From an uncultured Methanosarcinales archaeon (GTDB lineage Archaea; Nanobdellota; Nanobdellia; Woesearchaeales; DATDXC01), in NCBI GenBank assembly GCA_964510025.1, contig CAZDZV010000002.1, forward strand, positions 124,001 through 186,688: a DNA stretch of 62,688 nt, written 5' to 3'. Shown here piece by piece: positions 48,707 through 57,937 of this stretch. The position numbers were made by a program, and so were the translations under genes. The notes under the pieces are model-generated. The model ran no database searches. It saw nothing but the letters and a program-made list of their open reading frames with translations, and was not told the origin of the DNA. How positions within the stretch are numbered: position 1 is the stretch's first letter; each line of letters starts with the position of its first letter.

Positions 48707-51157
48707 TTAGCCCTTAAAGAATTTTTGCAGCTTTTTCTGGCCTTTCCCTTCTGCCAGCTCCTCTTTGCTGTAGCCTATGACGCTGAAGATGCTTTCCACA
48801 GCTGGAATTATCTGATTCTTTATGTAGTAATCAGCATCATAATCTCCCTGCCTTACCTCTGAAGGAGGCTTTGCCCTGTCCCTTATCATCTCGCTTCCGC
48901 TGGTAACAAGATAGCTGATGATGGAGCCTGCGCCGATGTCGCGGCCTTTCCTCTTCAGTCTGGCTGCAACAGCGACGTGCGGATGCACAGAATCATATTT
49001 GCTGACATCCTTCTGCAGCTGGGTCCTGATTATCAGCCTGCTGTTCTCTATGCTCTTGCCCCTGATTAGCGAGATTACCTCTTTTATATATAAGAACGCC
49101 TTTTGATCATCCCTTGCCTGCAGAATAAGCCTAAGGACATTCTCCTGAACCTCCCGGGCAATCGGGCTCCAGTTCCTCCGAACAGTCTCAAATCCCCGTA
49201 TCTTAAGGCTGCCTTTCTCAGATAGAAGGGCATATTTCTTCTTAGCCCCTGATTCGCCTGACCTGGATGCTACAAAGATGCCTGTGGGATAGAAATCCTC
49301 GTAGCTCAGCTCCATAACTCCCGGAAGCTCAATATTTATCTCCTCCAAGAGCTTTTCTGCGTCAGATTTTCTCTTGCCCGACAGGGTAAGAAAAACTGAA
49401 TCTGTATCTGAATAGACCACTGTAAATCCTGATTCCTGAGCCTTGTCGATAACCTTATGGACATAATATCTGCCATAGGCTGTTATTGCTTTGACGCATT
49501 CCAGGCTGTACCACCTTGCTGCAAAGAAGCCAAGATACCCATAGAAGGAGTTGGCCAGGAGCTTCAGGGCATTAAGCCTTGCCTCAAGCAGGGGATTTGT
49601 AGAAGTGTCCTTTATAATTTCAAGTATTCGCATCCGCCTCTTAATAAGGTCCTCCATCATGGTTGGGATAAATCCCTTTTTTTTGCTGCAGAACCATCTG
49701 TCATTTTCATCGGGAGGCATATTTCCGTCGTCCTGGCAGCACTCACAGCAATATGTCCCTGGCGAGATGTTATGAGAACTTATTATGCTGGGATACAGGC
49801 TCCTGAAATCAAAGACGACTATATTCTTATAGACTCCAGGCTTAGGCTCGAAGACAAAGCCGCCCTTAAAGGTATTTGACCGCCGCCTCTTTATATCATC
49901 ATATGAGGGAGTATCAGGAGATACAACATCAAAGGACGATTCATTCTTGAGAAGATAAGACTCTACAAGCTGAGAGAATGCCATCCTGCTTACGTCAAAC
50001 AAAGGCAATCCCACTATCTTCACCATCTCCAACAGGTTAGGCAGCATTTTTTCAGCAAGCCTGAAAGCGAGATATGCGTCATGAAGATTGTAAGCCAGGA
50101 AATCTGCAAGCTCGTCGCTGTTTGCGTCCCAGAGCGCTCCAAGCCGGGTTATGTCCACCTCAAGCTTTTTCTCTCCCAGCAGCTCCTTAGCCACATCCCC
50201 AAGCCCATAGATATCTGTATCCAGCTGGCCGGCTAGTATCCTTGAGATAAACCTGTATAGGTCAAAGTGGGCCCTGCCAAAAATCTTTGATACTGACTGC
50301 CGGGGGCGCCTGATTACAGAAAGCTCTGAGTAGTCTGCTCCGATGTCAAGGCGAATCTTGTATCTCTTAGCTCTTGCTGCGATGTATGGAAGATCGAAAT
50401 TGTCTGAATTATAGCCGACAAGAAGATCCGGCTTGTGCTGCTCGACTAGCTCCTTGAACCTTGTTATCAGGGATGCCTCGCTGTCTACAAACTCAACATC
50501 CTTGCCAGCAGCGACCTTTTTCCAGGTCACAGACCTCTTAAGTCCGTGCCCGTAAAAGGAAAGCATTATTATCGGATTCTTTTCCGGGTCGATATTCCCA
50601 TCAGGGCTGTAGGTCTCTATATCAAAGGACAGCAGCCTTAAATCAGCTATCGTGTCATCGCTGAACTGGGCGATATCTTCTGCCTTGAACACAGGAACCT
50701 TGGACCTGGCGGCGATAAAATCACCCTCTGCCTGGATCAAGGTCATGGGCACTATGTTCTTGTCTATCAGGTACCTCTTCACGAAAGGGATGTCGTATTC
50801 TGTTATAGTATCGATGATCTCCCATTCCTTTACAACCCCCATTATGACCGGGATGTCGCGGGGAAGCGTTGTGTACACCTTCAGGGCTTCGATATCGCTG
50901 CCCAAAAGCTTCTTGCTTACTGCCACTACTTTGGTTATCTCTGAGATTTCACCGTCCCTTTCCACCCTTATCTTCTCCAGCTTTTCACTGACCTTCTTGC
51001 CTTTTTTAGGTATCACATAGAAATACGGCCTGAAACTGTCATCCTGCACCATTATCTGCTCTCCATCCGGAGTTTTGCCAAACAGTTGCACAACTGGGAC
51101 ATTATTGACTGCCTTGTATTTAGCATCTATCATGTAGAATTGTATCTTTTTTGCCAT
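48707..51157 (-). CDS. polB: Family B DNA polymerase
   Basis: Exonuclease motifs FDIET, GYNSDNFD and YNLHD; polymerase motifs DFRSLYPS, KLLANSFYG and YSDTDS. Confidence 0.97.
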   Translation of the reverse strand: MAKKIQFYMIDAKYKAVNNVPVVQLFGKTPDGEQIMVQDDSFRPYFYVIPKKGKKVSEKLEKIRVERDGEISEITKVVAVSKKLLGSDIEALKVYTTLPRDIPVIMGVVKEWEIIDTITEYDIPFVKRYLIDKNIVPMTLIQAEGDFIAARSKVPVFKAEDIAQFSDDTIADLRLLSFDIETYSPDGNIDPEKNPIIMLSFYGHGLKRSVTWKKVAAGKDVEFVDSEASLITRFKELVEQHKPDLLVGYNSDNFDLPYIAARAKRYKIRLDIGADYSELSVIRRPRQSVSKIFGRAHFDLYRFISRILAGQLDTDIYGLGDVAKELLGEKKLEVDITRLGALWDANSDELADFLAYNLHDAYLAFRLAEKMLPNLLEMVKIVGLPLFDVSRMAFSQLVESYLLKNESSFDVVSPDTPSYDDIKRRRSNTFKGGFVFEPKPGVYKNIVVFDFRSLYPSIISSHNISPGTYCCECCQDDGNMPPDENDRWFCSKKKGFIPTMMEDLIKRRMRILEIIKDTSTNPLLEARLNALKLLANSFYGYLGFFAARWYSLECVKAITAYGRYYVHKVIDKAQESGFTVVYSDTDSVFLTLSGKRKSDAEKLLEEINIELPGVMELSYEDFYPTGIFVASRSGESGAKKKYALLSEKGSLKIRGFETVRRNWSPIAREVQENVLRLILQARDDQKAFLYIKEVISLIRGKSIENSRLIIRTQLQKDVSKYDSVHPHVAVAARLKRKGRDIGAGSIISYLVTSGSEMIRDRAKPPSEVRQGDYDADYYIKNQIIPAVESIFSVIGYSKEELAEGKGQKKLQKFFKG

Positions 51158-51263
51158 GCTATAGGGTTATTGACGAGACTATTTAAAAGTTATGTAGGTT
51201 TATGCGCAGTTAAAACAAAAATATTTATAAACAAACCAATTTTGCTTAAATCCAGGGGATGCA

Positions 51264-51386
51264 ATGAACCGTGAAGAACTTTCTATTGTGAAAAAATGTC
51301 CAAAATGCGGCTCCCTAAGCCTGGTGTTCAGGCAGGGAGAGATAAGATGCATGGAATGCGGCTTCAAGCAGAGCTTTAGAAAATGA
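51264..51386 (+). CDS. Small TFIIB-type Zn-ribbon protein, 40 aa (not in track)
   Basis: MNREELSIVKKCPKCGSLSLVFRQGEIRCMECGFKQSFRK. Stop overlaps the mdh ATG; follows a TATA element. Confidence 0.75.
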   Translation: MNREELSIVKKCPKCGSLSLVFRQGEIRCMECGFKQSFRK

Positions 51387-52306
51387 AAAGGGTTGCGATA
51401 ATCGGAGCAGGAAATGTTGGGGCTACTGCAGCGATGGAGATTGCTAAAAAAGAGATAGCTGATGTGCAGCTGGTAGACGTAGCTGAAGGTATTCCGCAGG
51501 GGAAAAGCCTTGACCTGATGGAATCAGGCCCATTACAGCAACATGACTGCAGGATATGCGGGTCAAACAGCTGCGCTGACATAGCTGATTCTGATGTTGT
51601 TGTGATAACAGCCGGGCTGGCCAGGAAGCCGGGGATGTCAAGAGACGACCTTCTGATGAAAAATTCTGAGATAGTGAAGGGTATCTGCTCTGAGATAAAG
51701 AGATGCGCCCCTGATTCTGTAGTGATCATGGTCACAAACCCTCTGGATACGATGAGCTATCTTGCTTTGAAGACCACAGGCTTTAAGCCGGAAAGGATTA
51801 TAGGCATGGCAGGCGTTCTTGATTCAGCCAGATTCAAATCATTCATAGCTGATGAGATCAAGGTATCGAGAAAAGACATACACGCCATGGTTCTGGGCAG
51901 CCACGGGGATTCCATGGTGCCCCTGCCACAATACACTACAGTAAGCGGCATACCTATAACCCAGCTGATGCCAAAGCAGGATATAGACAAGATAATTGAA
52001 AGGACAAGAAAGGCAGGAGCAGAGATCGTATCACACCTGAAGACGGGATCTGCCTATTATGCTCCGGGCTTTTCTGCTGCAGAGATGGTGGAAGCTGTCA
52101 TCAAAGACAGCAAGAGGATAATGCCTGCCTCAGCTTATCTCCAGGGACAATATGGTTTCAGGGATATCTTCCTGGGAGTGCCTATCAAGCTGGGAAAAGA
52201 TGGGGTAGAGCAGATAATCGAGATTGAGCTGAATGATGAAGATAAAAATGCACTGCAGAAATCAGCTGAAGCTGCCAAAAAAAATATAAAAAAGGTGAAA
52301 ATATGA
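51383..52306 (+). CDS. mdh: Malate dehydrogenase (LDH-like MDH)
   Basis: GAGNVG, TAGLARKPGMSRDDL, NPLD, LDSAR and GSHGD motifs. Confidence 0.95.
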   Translation: MKRVAIIGAGNVGATAAMEIAKKEIADVQLVDVAEGIPQGKSLDLMESGPLQQHDCRICGSNSCADIADSDVVVITAGLARKPGMSRDDLLMKNSEIVKGICSEIKRCAPDSVVIMVTNPLDTMSYLALKTTGFKPERIIGMAGVLDSARFKSFIADEIKVSRKDIHAMVLGSHGDSMVPLPQYTTVSGIPITQLMPKQDIDKIIERTRKAGAEIVSHLKTGSAYYAPGFSAAEMVEAVIKDSKRIMPASAYLQGQYGFRDIFLGVPIKLGKDGVEQIIEIELNDEDKNALQKSAEAAKKNIKKVKI

Positions 52307-52812
52307 AATTCAAGGACCAGCGCGTCGGTGTTTTTGTGGACGTGCAGAACATGTACTATTCGGCTAAACATCTGTATAAGTCGAAGGTTGACTTTGCCAG
52401 CCTGTTGAAGAAATCAGTGAATGGGCGCAAGCTCATCAGGGCAATAGCCTATGTTATAAAGGCTGATGTGAAGGATGAGAATAACTTCTTCGAGGCTTTG
52501 GAGAATATAGGATTCGAGGTCAGGTCCAAGGACCTGCAGATTTTTTATGGCGGCCACAAAAAAGGGGATTGGGATGTGGGGATCGCCATGGACATAATGA
52601 AGCTTGTTGCCAAGCTGGATGTAGTAGTCCTTATAAGCGGCGACGGTGATTTCAAGGAGCTTCTGGAGCATGCAAACGCCCTCGGATGCAGGACAGAGGT
52701 ACTGGCTTTTGGCAAGTCTGCATCATCACGCATAAAAGAATCAGCCAATATGTTCACTGACCTTGACAGCGACAGCAGGAGGTACCTTATCAGGAAGAGA
52801 CAAAATGTCTGA
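52303..52812 (+). CDS. NYN domain protein (LabA/DUF88, PIN-like fold)
   Basis: VFVDVQN, KGDWDV and LISGDGDF acidic motifs. Confidence 0.9.
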   Translation: MKFKDQRVGVFVDVQNMYYSAKHLYKSKVDFASLLKKSVNGRKLIRAIAYVIKADVKDENNFFEALENIGFEVRSKDLQIFYGGHKKGDWDVGIAMDIMKLVAKLDVVVLISGDGDFKELLEHANALGCRTEVLAFGKSASSRIKESANMFTDLDSDSRRYLIRKRQNV

Positions 52813-53605
52813 TATACTGAAGAAAAAGAAGCTTGGCGAGAACATCTATCTGATGGATGTTGAGGCTCCGGACATTGCAAAGAAAGCAAGGCCAGGACAG
52901 TTTGTCATACTGAGGATTGATGAAAAAGGGGAGAGGATTCCCCTAACAATCGCAGACTATGACAAGAAAAAGATCACGCTTGTCTTTTTGGTTGTGGGGC
53001 ATACGACAGAGAGGCTCTCGCAGCTCAAGAAAGGAGACAAGCTGCTCGATTTTGTAGGGCCGCTGGGCAAACCCAGCCTTATAAAAGACTATGGCACAGT
53101 CTGTATGGTTGGGGGGGGATTAGGCATAGCTCCCATCTACCCGATCGCAAAGGCCCTCAAGAAGAACAACAAGATAATTACAATAATCGGTGCCAAGACA
53201 AAAAAGCATCTTTTTTGGGAGGATAAGTTTAAGGATATCTCGGACAAGCTGCTTGTTGCCACAGACGACGGCAGCAAAGGGCACAAGGGCTTTGTCACAG
53301 AGCTGCTGAAAAATGTACTTGAAAAAAACAAGGCCAACCTGGTCATAGCGATAGGCCCCCCTATAATGATGAAGGTTATCTCAAAACAGACCAGGGGCAG
53401 GGTCAAGACAATAGTGAGCCTTAATCCGATAATGGTTGACGGCATGGGCATGTGCGGGGGATGCCGGGTAGTTGTTGACGGACAGACAAAATTCGCATGC
53501 GTCGATGGGCCTGAGTTCGACGGCCATAAGGTAAACTGGGATGAGCTTATAAACAGGAACCAGATGTATGGCGCTGAGGAGCATAAATGCAGGCTTGAAA
53601 AATGA
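52805..53605 (+). CDS. nfnA: NfnA/SudB-type FAD/NAD, [2Fe-2S] subunit of NADH-dependent ferredoxin:NADP+ oxidoreductase
   Basis: PGQFVI, GERIPLTIAD and MVDGMGMCGGCRV..FACVDGPEF motifs. Start is MSDILK at 52805. Confidence 0.88.
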   Translation: MSDILKKKKLGENIYLMDVEAPDIAKKARPGQFVILRIDEKGERIPLTIADYDKKKITLVFLVVGHTTERLSQLKKGDKLLDFVGPLGKPSLIKDYGTVCMVGGGLGIAPIYPIAKALKKNNKIITIIGAKTKKHLFWEDKFKDISDKLLVATDDGSKGHKGFVTELLKNVLEKNKANLVIAIGPPIMMKVISKQTRGRVKTIVSLNPIMVDGMGMCGGCRVVVDGQTKFACVDGPEFDGHKVNWDELINRNQMYGAEEHKCRLEK

Positions 53606-53853
53606 ACTTTTGCCCATATTGCAGCGCATCACACTTTAAGCTTGTGATGTGCGGAGAAGACATATTTTTTTGTAGGGAATGCAACAGATTTTTTATGTTC
53701 CAAGAGCTTAGCTTGAAATGCCCTAGATGCGAGAGCGTTAGGGTCAGAAAAAGCGACTTTCCCAGCCCGAGCGGAGAGCTTGTGTTCCAGTGCCTCAGCT
53801 GCAAGAAAAACACATCTGCTTCGGAATTTCTGATGTACAACAAGATAAAATGA
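53602..53853 (+). CDS. Double Zn-ribbon protein (four CxxC)
   Basis: CPYC, CREC, CPRC and CLSC motifs. ATGA overlaps on both sides. Confidence 0.8.
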   Translation: MNFCPYCSASHFKLVMCGEDIFFCRECNRFFMFQELSLKCPRCESVRVRKSDFPSPSGELVFQCLSCKKNTSASEFLMYNKIK

Positions 53854-55232
53854 AAGATCCTATAGAAGTGCCTGAACAGGATGCCGGCAGAAGGATAAAG
53901 AACTTTGATGAGGTATGCCTGGGATACTCTGAAGAGCTGGCAAAGCAAGAGGCAGAACGATGCCTCCAGTGCGAGAAGCCTTTGTGTGTCCAGGGCTGCC
54001 CTGTTAACGTTAACATACCAAAATTCATCAAATACATCAAGGAGGGCAAGCCGGACAAGGCGCTTAAGGTTATCTTAAAGACCAACAATCTCCCCGGGGT
54101 CTGCGGAAGGGTCTGTCCGCAGGAAAACCAGTGCGAAAAGGCATGCGTATTGAACAGGGCCGAGAAAGCCATCAACATAGGCAAACTGGAAAGATACGCC
54201 TCAGACACAGGCAGCAAGCCTGAGGCTGAGATAAAGAAGAAAAAGAAGAAGATTGCTATCGTTGGTTCTGGCCCGGCTGGCCTCACCTGCGCAGCTGACC
54301 TGGCACTTATGGGCTATAAAGTGACAGTCTATGAGGCACTGCACAAAACAGGAGGGGTGCTGTCTTACGGTATACCTGAATTCAGGCTGCCAAAGAGGAT
54401 CGTGGAAGAAGAGGTGCGCCATATAGAGGCGCTGGGGGTCAAGATAAAGAAAAATTATGTTATCGGCAGGATATTAAGTGTGGATGAGCTTATCGGAAAG
54501 TATGATGCGGTATTCATAGCCTGCGGCGCAGGACTGCCCTATTTCCTCAAGATAGAGGGGGAGAACCTTGCAAATGTCTACTCTGCAAACGAGTTCCTTA
54601 CGAGGGTTAACCTGATGAAGTCTTACAGCTTTCCGGAGTATAAGACCCCGCTGAAGGTCGGGAAAAAAACCGTTGTAATAGGCGGGGGCAACGTGGCTAT
54701 GGATGCAGCCAGGTGCGCACGACGTCTTGGATCAGACGTAACAGTCATATACAGAAGAAGCTTAGAGGAGATGCCCGCAAGAAAAGAAGAAGTGAAGCAC
54801 GCGAATGATGAAGGGATAGAATTTTTGATGCTAACCAGCCCTGTAAGGATACTGGGAGAGAAAAAGGTAGAGGGCATTGAATGCATCCAGATGATGCTCG
54901 GGAATCCGGATGATTCAGGCAGAAGAAGGCCTGTACCGATAGAGGGATCTGAATTCAGGATCCAATGCGACCAGGTTATAGTGGCAATAGGCCAGGGTCC
55001 GAATCCTCTGCTTCTGGACCAGCTCAACGTGATGAAGGGCCCCAGGGGGAATATTGTCGTTGATGCAAATTGCCGGACTTCCAGGCCAGGAATATTTGCT
55101 GGCGGCGATATCGCATCAGATGATGCAACTGTGATAAGAGCCATGGGCATGGGCAAGACAGCAGCTAGGGCAATCATGGAATATGTGGAACAGACTAAAC
55201 TAGGGGAATTTAAAGATACTACTAATAAGTAG
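53850..55232 (+). CDS. nfnB: NfnB/SudA (GltD-like) flavoprotein with two [4Fe-4S] clusters
   Basis: EAERCLQC...CVQGCP, CGRVCPQE.QCE, GSGPAG, YGIPEFRLP, GGGNVAMD and FAGGD motifs. Start is MKDP at 53850. Confidence 0.88.
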   Translation: MKDPIEVPEQDAGRRIKNFDEVCLGYSEELAKQEAERCLQCEKPLCVQGCPVNVNIPKFIKYIKEGKPDKALKVILKTNNLPGVCGRVCPQENQCEKACVLNRAEKAINIGKLERYASDTGSKPEAEIKKKKKKIAIVGSGPAGLTCAADLALMGYKVTVYEALHKTGGVLSYGIPEFRLPKRIVEEEVRHIEALGVKIKKNYVIGRILSVDELIGKYDAVFIACGAGLPYFLKIEGENLANVYSANEFLTRVNLMKSYSFPEYKTPLKVGKKTVVIGGGNVAMDAARCARRLGSDVTVIYRRSLEEMPARKEEVKHANDEGIEFLMLTSPVRILGEKKVEGIECIQMMLGNPDDSGRRRPVPIEGSEFRIQCDQVIVAIGQGPNPLLLDQLNVMKGPRGNIVVDANCRTSRPGIFAGGDIASDDATVIRAMGMGKTAARAIMEYVEQTKLGEFKDTTNK

Positions 55233-55292
55233 TTATAAATAGAAAGATTTATATAGTAGTTCTTATGTATAGTCTATGTATAGGTGAATACC

Positions 55293-55943
55293 ATGTACAG
55301 TATGGATAAGGCTCAGTTTGACACCAGGGTATCAAGGAGAACTAAGGAGATTAAATCAGGCAATAGCTCCCTAGGCTCGCTTATGGCAGAAGGCATGTAT
55401 AGAGAGGAAGCCTATGATAAATTGATTGATGCCAGGAGAACAGCGTATGACTCTCTTGGACGGGCAATAAGAAATATGTGTTTAGAAAGCGGATATCTGG
55501 AGCCTGGTGTGCTGCTGGCCAGCCAGGAGATTGGCAGCCAGATGGTAGAGCTGCAAGCTCTTGAACGCATGGTTGATGAATATAATGAAGAAAGGTCTCC
55601 GGACTGCACCGGATGGTCCGCAAAAGCAGATAGGCTTGTGCAGGGTGTCAATGATGCTTATGTCCTAACAAGAGAACTCCTGGGAACCGATTCAGATACA
55701 AACTCGGTAATCCTGTCTTATTTATACGCGGTTGCTGCCTCGCACTGGTCCGTGCCCATAAGAGATAAGGAGGACATGATGGCTAACAGAGACTACAGGG
55801 AAAGGATAACGCAGCTGCTAGCGACCACAATAGTCATCAAGGGCAGAGAAAACCAGGCGCAGAACCTGAAGCCGCAGCAGCCAAGTGAGGTGCTGATAGA
55901 TATTATTAGGAATAACAGCAGGCTGAGAGGACTGCTACGATGA
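55293..55943 (+). CDS. Hypothetical alpha-helical protein
   Basis: Long ORF after a BRE-TATA at 55241-55255. An AGGTGA SD favours the ATG at 55293. Confidence 0.7.
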   Translation: MYSMDKAQFDTRVSRRTKEIKSGNSSLGSLMAEGMYREEAYDKLIDARRTAYDSLGRAIRNMCLESGYLEPGVLLASQEIGSQMVELQALERMVDEYNEERSPDCTGWSAKADRLVQGVNDAYVLTRELLGTDSDTNSVILSYLYAVAASHWSVPIRDKEDMMANRDYRERITQLLATTIVIKGRENQAQNLKPQQPSEVLIDIIRNNSRLRGLLR

Positions 55944-56086
55944 AGCATTTTACCATAACTAAACGCATCGCCAAGCACGGCAGCCAGTCAATAATAGTCA
56001 TACCAAGGCTTTTAGAAAAAGATTTAAAGCCGGGCACTGTTGCGGAAGTGAACATAAGCGTGATCAAGGGGCCAGAAGATGTATAA
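55940..56086 (+). CDS. AbrB/MazE/SpoVT-like DNA-binding protein, 48 aa (not in track)
   Basis: MKHFTITKRIAKHGSQSIIVIPRLLEKDLKPGTVAEVNISVIKGPEDV matches the K.G.S..I.IP....L..G swapped-hairpin pattern. Confidence 0.75.
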   Translation: MKHFTITKRIAKHGSQSIIVIPRLLEKDLKPGTVAEVNISVIKGPEDV

Positions 56087-56453
56087 GAGCAACTCGCTTT
56101 GGGACCAGGAACAGGAAAGATACGAAGCTACAGGCAGCCCTGGACAAGGATATCATGGGGCTGACTATCATTCAGGTGAAAAATATCAGGAGAATCCGGG
56201 AGAGGAATATCAAAAGGATGAAGCTGCTGAAGTAAGAACTGAGAAAAGCGATTTTGAAAAGACGGTCGATGATAATATACCGAAATATGAGAAAAAGGAG
56301 CAAGGTATCGTAATCGAGAAGGCTGCTGCCGAGATACGGCAGGAGATGGAGCAGGAAACCGAAAAAGTGAACAAGAACAGCAGTAGCATAAGGTCGATTG
56401 AAGAGGCCATCAACAAAGCAATGAAAGAGCAAAAAGAGGTAGTCAGGCTATGA
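56079..56453 (+). CDS. Hypothetical acidic, partly disordered protein
   Basis: ORF overlaps both neighbours; E/K/Q-rich. Confidence 0.7.
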   Translation: MYKSNSLWDQEQERYEATGSPGQGYHGADYHSGEKYQENPGEEYQKDEAAEVRTEKSDFEKTVDDNIPKYEKKEQGIVIEKAAAEIRQEMEQETEKVNKNSSSIRSIEEAINKAMKEQKEVVRL

Positions 56454-56932
56454 GCTACGAGAACCCGTTTGGGATAGGTACCCAGGTGCTGAATGACCTA
56501 AATTACAATGTTCTAAGTCATGGCGATTTGGGTGCACACTATGACAGCCTGGTTAATGCTGATTTGCCGCAGTATACAGCGAAGTTCTATAGCCCCAGCG
56601 AGACTGAGCAGATTGCTGATCTGAGATATAAAAAGATAGAGATCGGCTATGACAAGGGAATGAAAGATCTCACAGAGGCTTTTCAGGGTATCCCTATGGA
56701 AGCCTATATCCCTGCAGCAGCTGAGACATCTGATACAGGCTCTTCGAGCCCATCTATAAGGCCCCAGGCAGAGATTGTAATAAAGAACCCCCGTAAAGAG
56801 ATAGTGGAGGAGATCATCAGGGCGCAGAGGGAGGTCGCTGGCAGAGAGCTTGTCCTCGAGCAGCTCGATGTGGAAGAGATCATAATCAGGAGAAGATTCA
56901 GGAGAATAAAGGTAAAAGATTTAAAGAAATAG
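56450..56932 (+). CDS. Hypothetical protein
   Basis: ATGA-coupled ORF with a GAGGT SD. Confidence 0.7.
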   Translation: MSYENPFGIGTQVLNDLNYNVLSHGDLGAHYDSLVNADLPQYTAKFYSPSETEQIADLRYKKIEIGYDKGMKDLTEAFQGIPMEAYIPAAAETSDTGSSSPSIRPQAEIVIKNPRKEIVEEIIRAQREVAGRELVLEQLDVEEIIIRRRFRRIKVKDLKK

Positions 56933-56947
56933 TATTCTTTCTGCCAT

Positions 56948-57592
56948 ATGAAAAAAATTCTGGCTATAGCTGTGCTACTTATACCTCTTATCATTTACCT
57001 GGCGAGTTTCAAGATAGCTGCATTTGATGAAAGATTTTATAAAGGGGAGTTTTCCAGATATGGGGTCTATGAGAACTTTCCTGAGGCTGATTCTATCAAT
57101 TCAGGGCTTCTGCATTACCTGCAATATGAAAAAGAAAGGACTCTGGTCGATATTGATGTCTTCAATGCCAAAGAAAAGCAGCATCTGCTAGATGTCAAGA
57201 TAGCCGTACAGATGCTGCTCAGATTGCTTAGCGTATCTGTTTTCATTTTCATAATCTTGATATTTGCTGCATATTTTTCAGATAAAAAAAGTTTCCTGGA
57301 CCTGCTTTCCAGGATATTCATTCTTGGGGGCACAGTCACACTGATATATGCCTTCTTATTTTATCTTCTTGCTGTCTTGAATTTTGGATTTTTGTTTGAT
57401 GGCATGCACAGGCTTTTTTTCAAGGAAGGGACATGGCTGTTTGATGCCTCAAACGCAGTTGTCAGGATATACCAGGAACAGATTTTCTACGATATAGTTG
57501 TCAGGATAGCAGCTTTAGCTTCAATTATTTCATTGACCCTCATACTGGCAGGTATAGTATACAAAAGACACTACCGCCATCTCCTGAGATAG
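56948..57592 (+). CDS. Integral membrane protein, DUF1461/TIGR01906-like
   Basis: Four TM segments; E..HL.DVK and F..MH..FF...W.FD motifs. Confidence 0.8.
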   Translation: MKKILAIAVLLIPLIIYLASFKIAAFDERFYKGEFSRYGVYENFPEADSINSGLLHYLQYEKERTLVDIDVFNAKEKQHLLDVKIAVQMLLRLLSVSVFIFIILIFAAYFSDKKSFLDLLSRIFILGGTVTLIYAFLFYLLAVLNFGFLFDGMHRLFFKEGTWLFDASNAVVRIYQEQIFYDIVVRIAALASIISLTLILAGIVYKRHYRHLLR

Positions 57593-57937
57593 TATCTTTT
57601 TGAGCTGTTATACCCAACTTCTACCCACCCATAATGTGGGTGGGAGCTCGGATGCGCCAATCTTAGTATTCTGCTCAGCAGCAGCCAGTGATCCGATATA
57701 ACCAAGATCAACAAGATCCTGTGCCACCTCTGCGCATAAAGCCTGGAACATCTACCCGGTTGCCTCAGAACCCTCACCCCAATGAATCTCCACAATAAGC
57801 CATGTATCTCTGTGCATCTCTCCTGTCTGAGATTAAGGCTGTGGGCATTGCGGACAAGGTATGTTCCTGATGTTTTTGGCATATAAATGTTTTCGCAGAG
57901 AAAAATATATAAACCAGCTGACGAATGAGGATACAAC

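Noticed and set aside
48707..51157. Intein or inactivation in PolB
   Set aside because: The length is normal (816 aa), and the exonuclease and polymerase motifs are contiguous and intact.
53850..55232. Annotation as glutamate synthase small subunit
   Set aside because: There is no gltB large subunit nearby, and pairing with an NfnA/SudB-type gene indicates NfnAB/SudAB.
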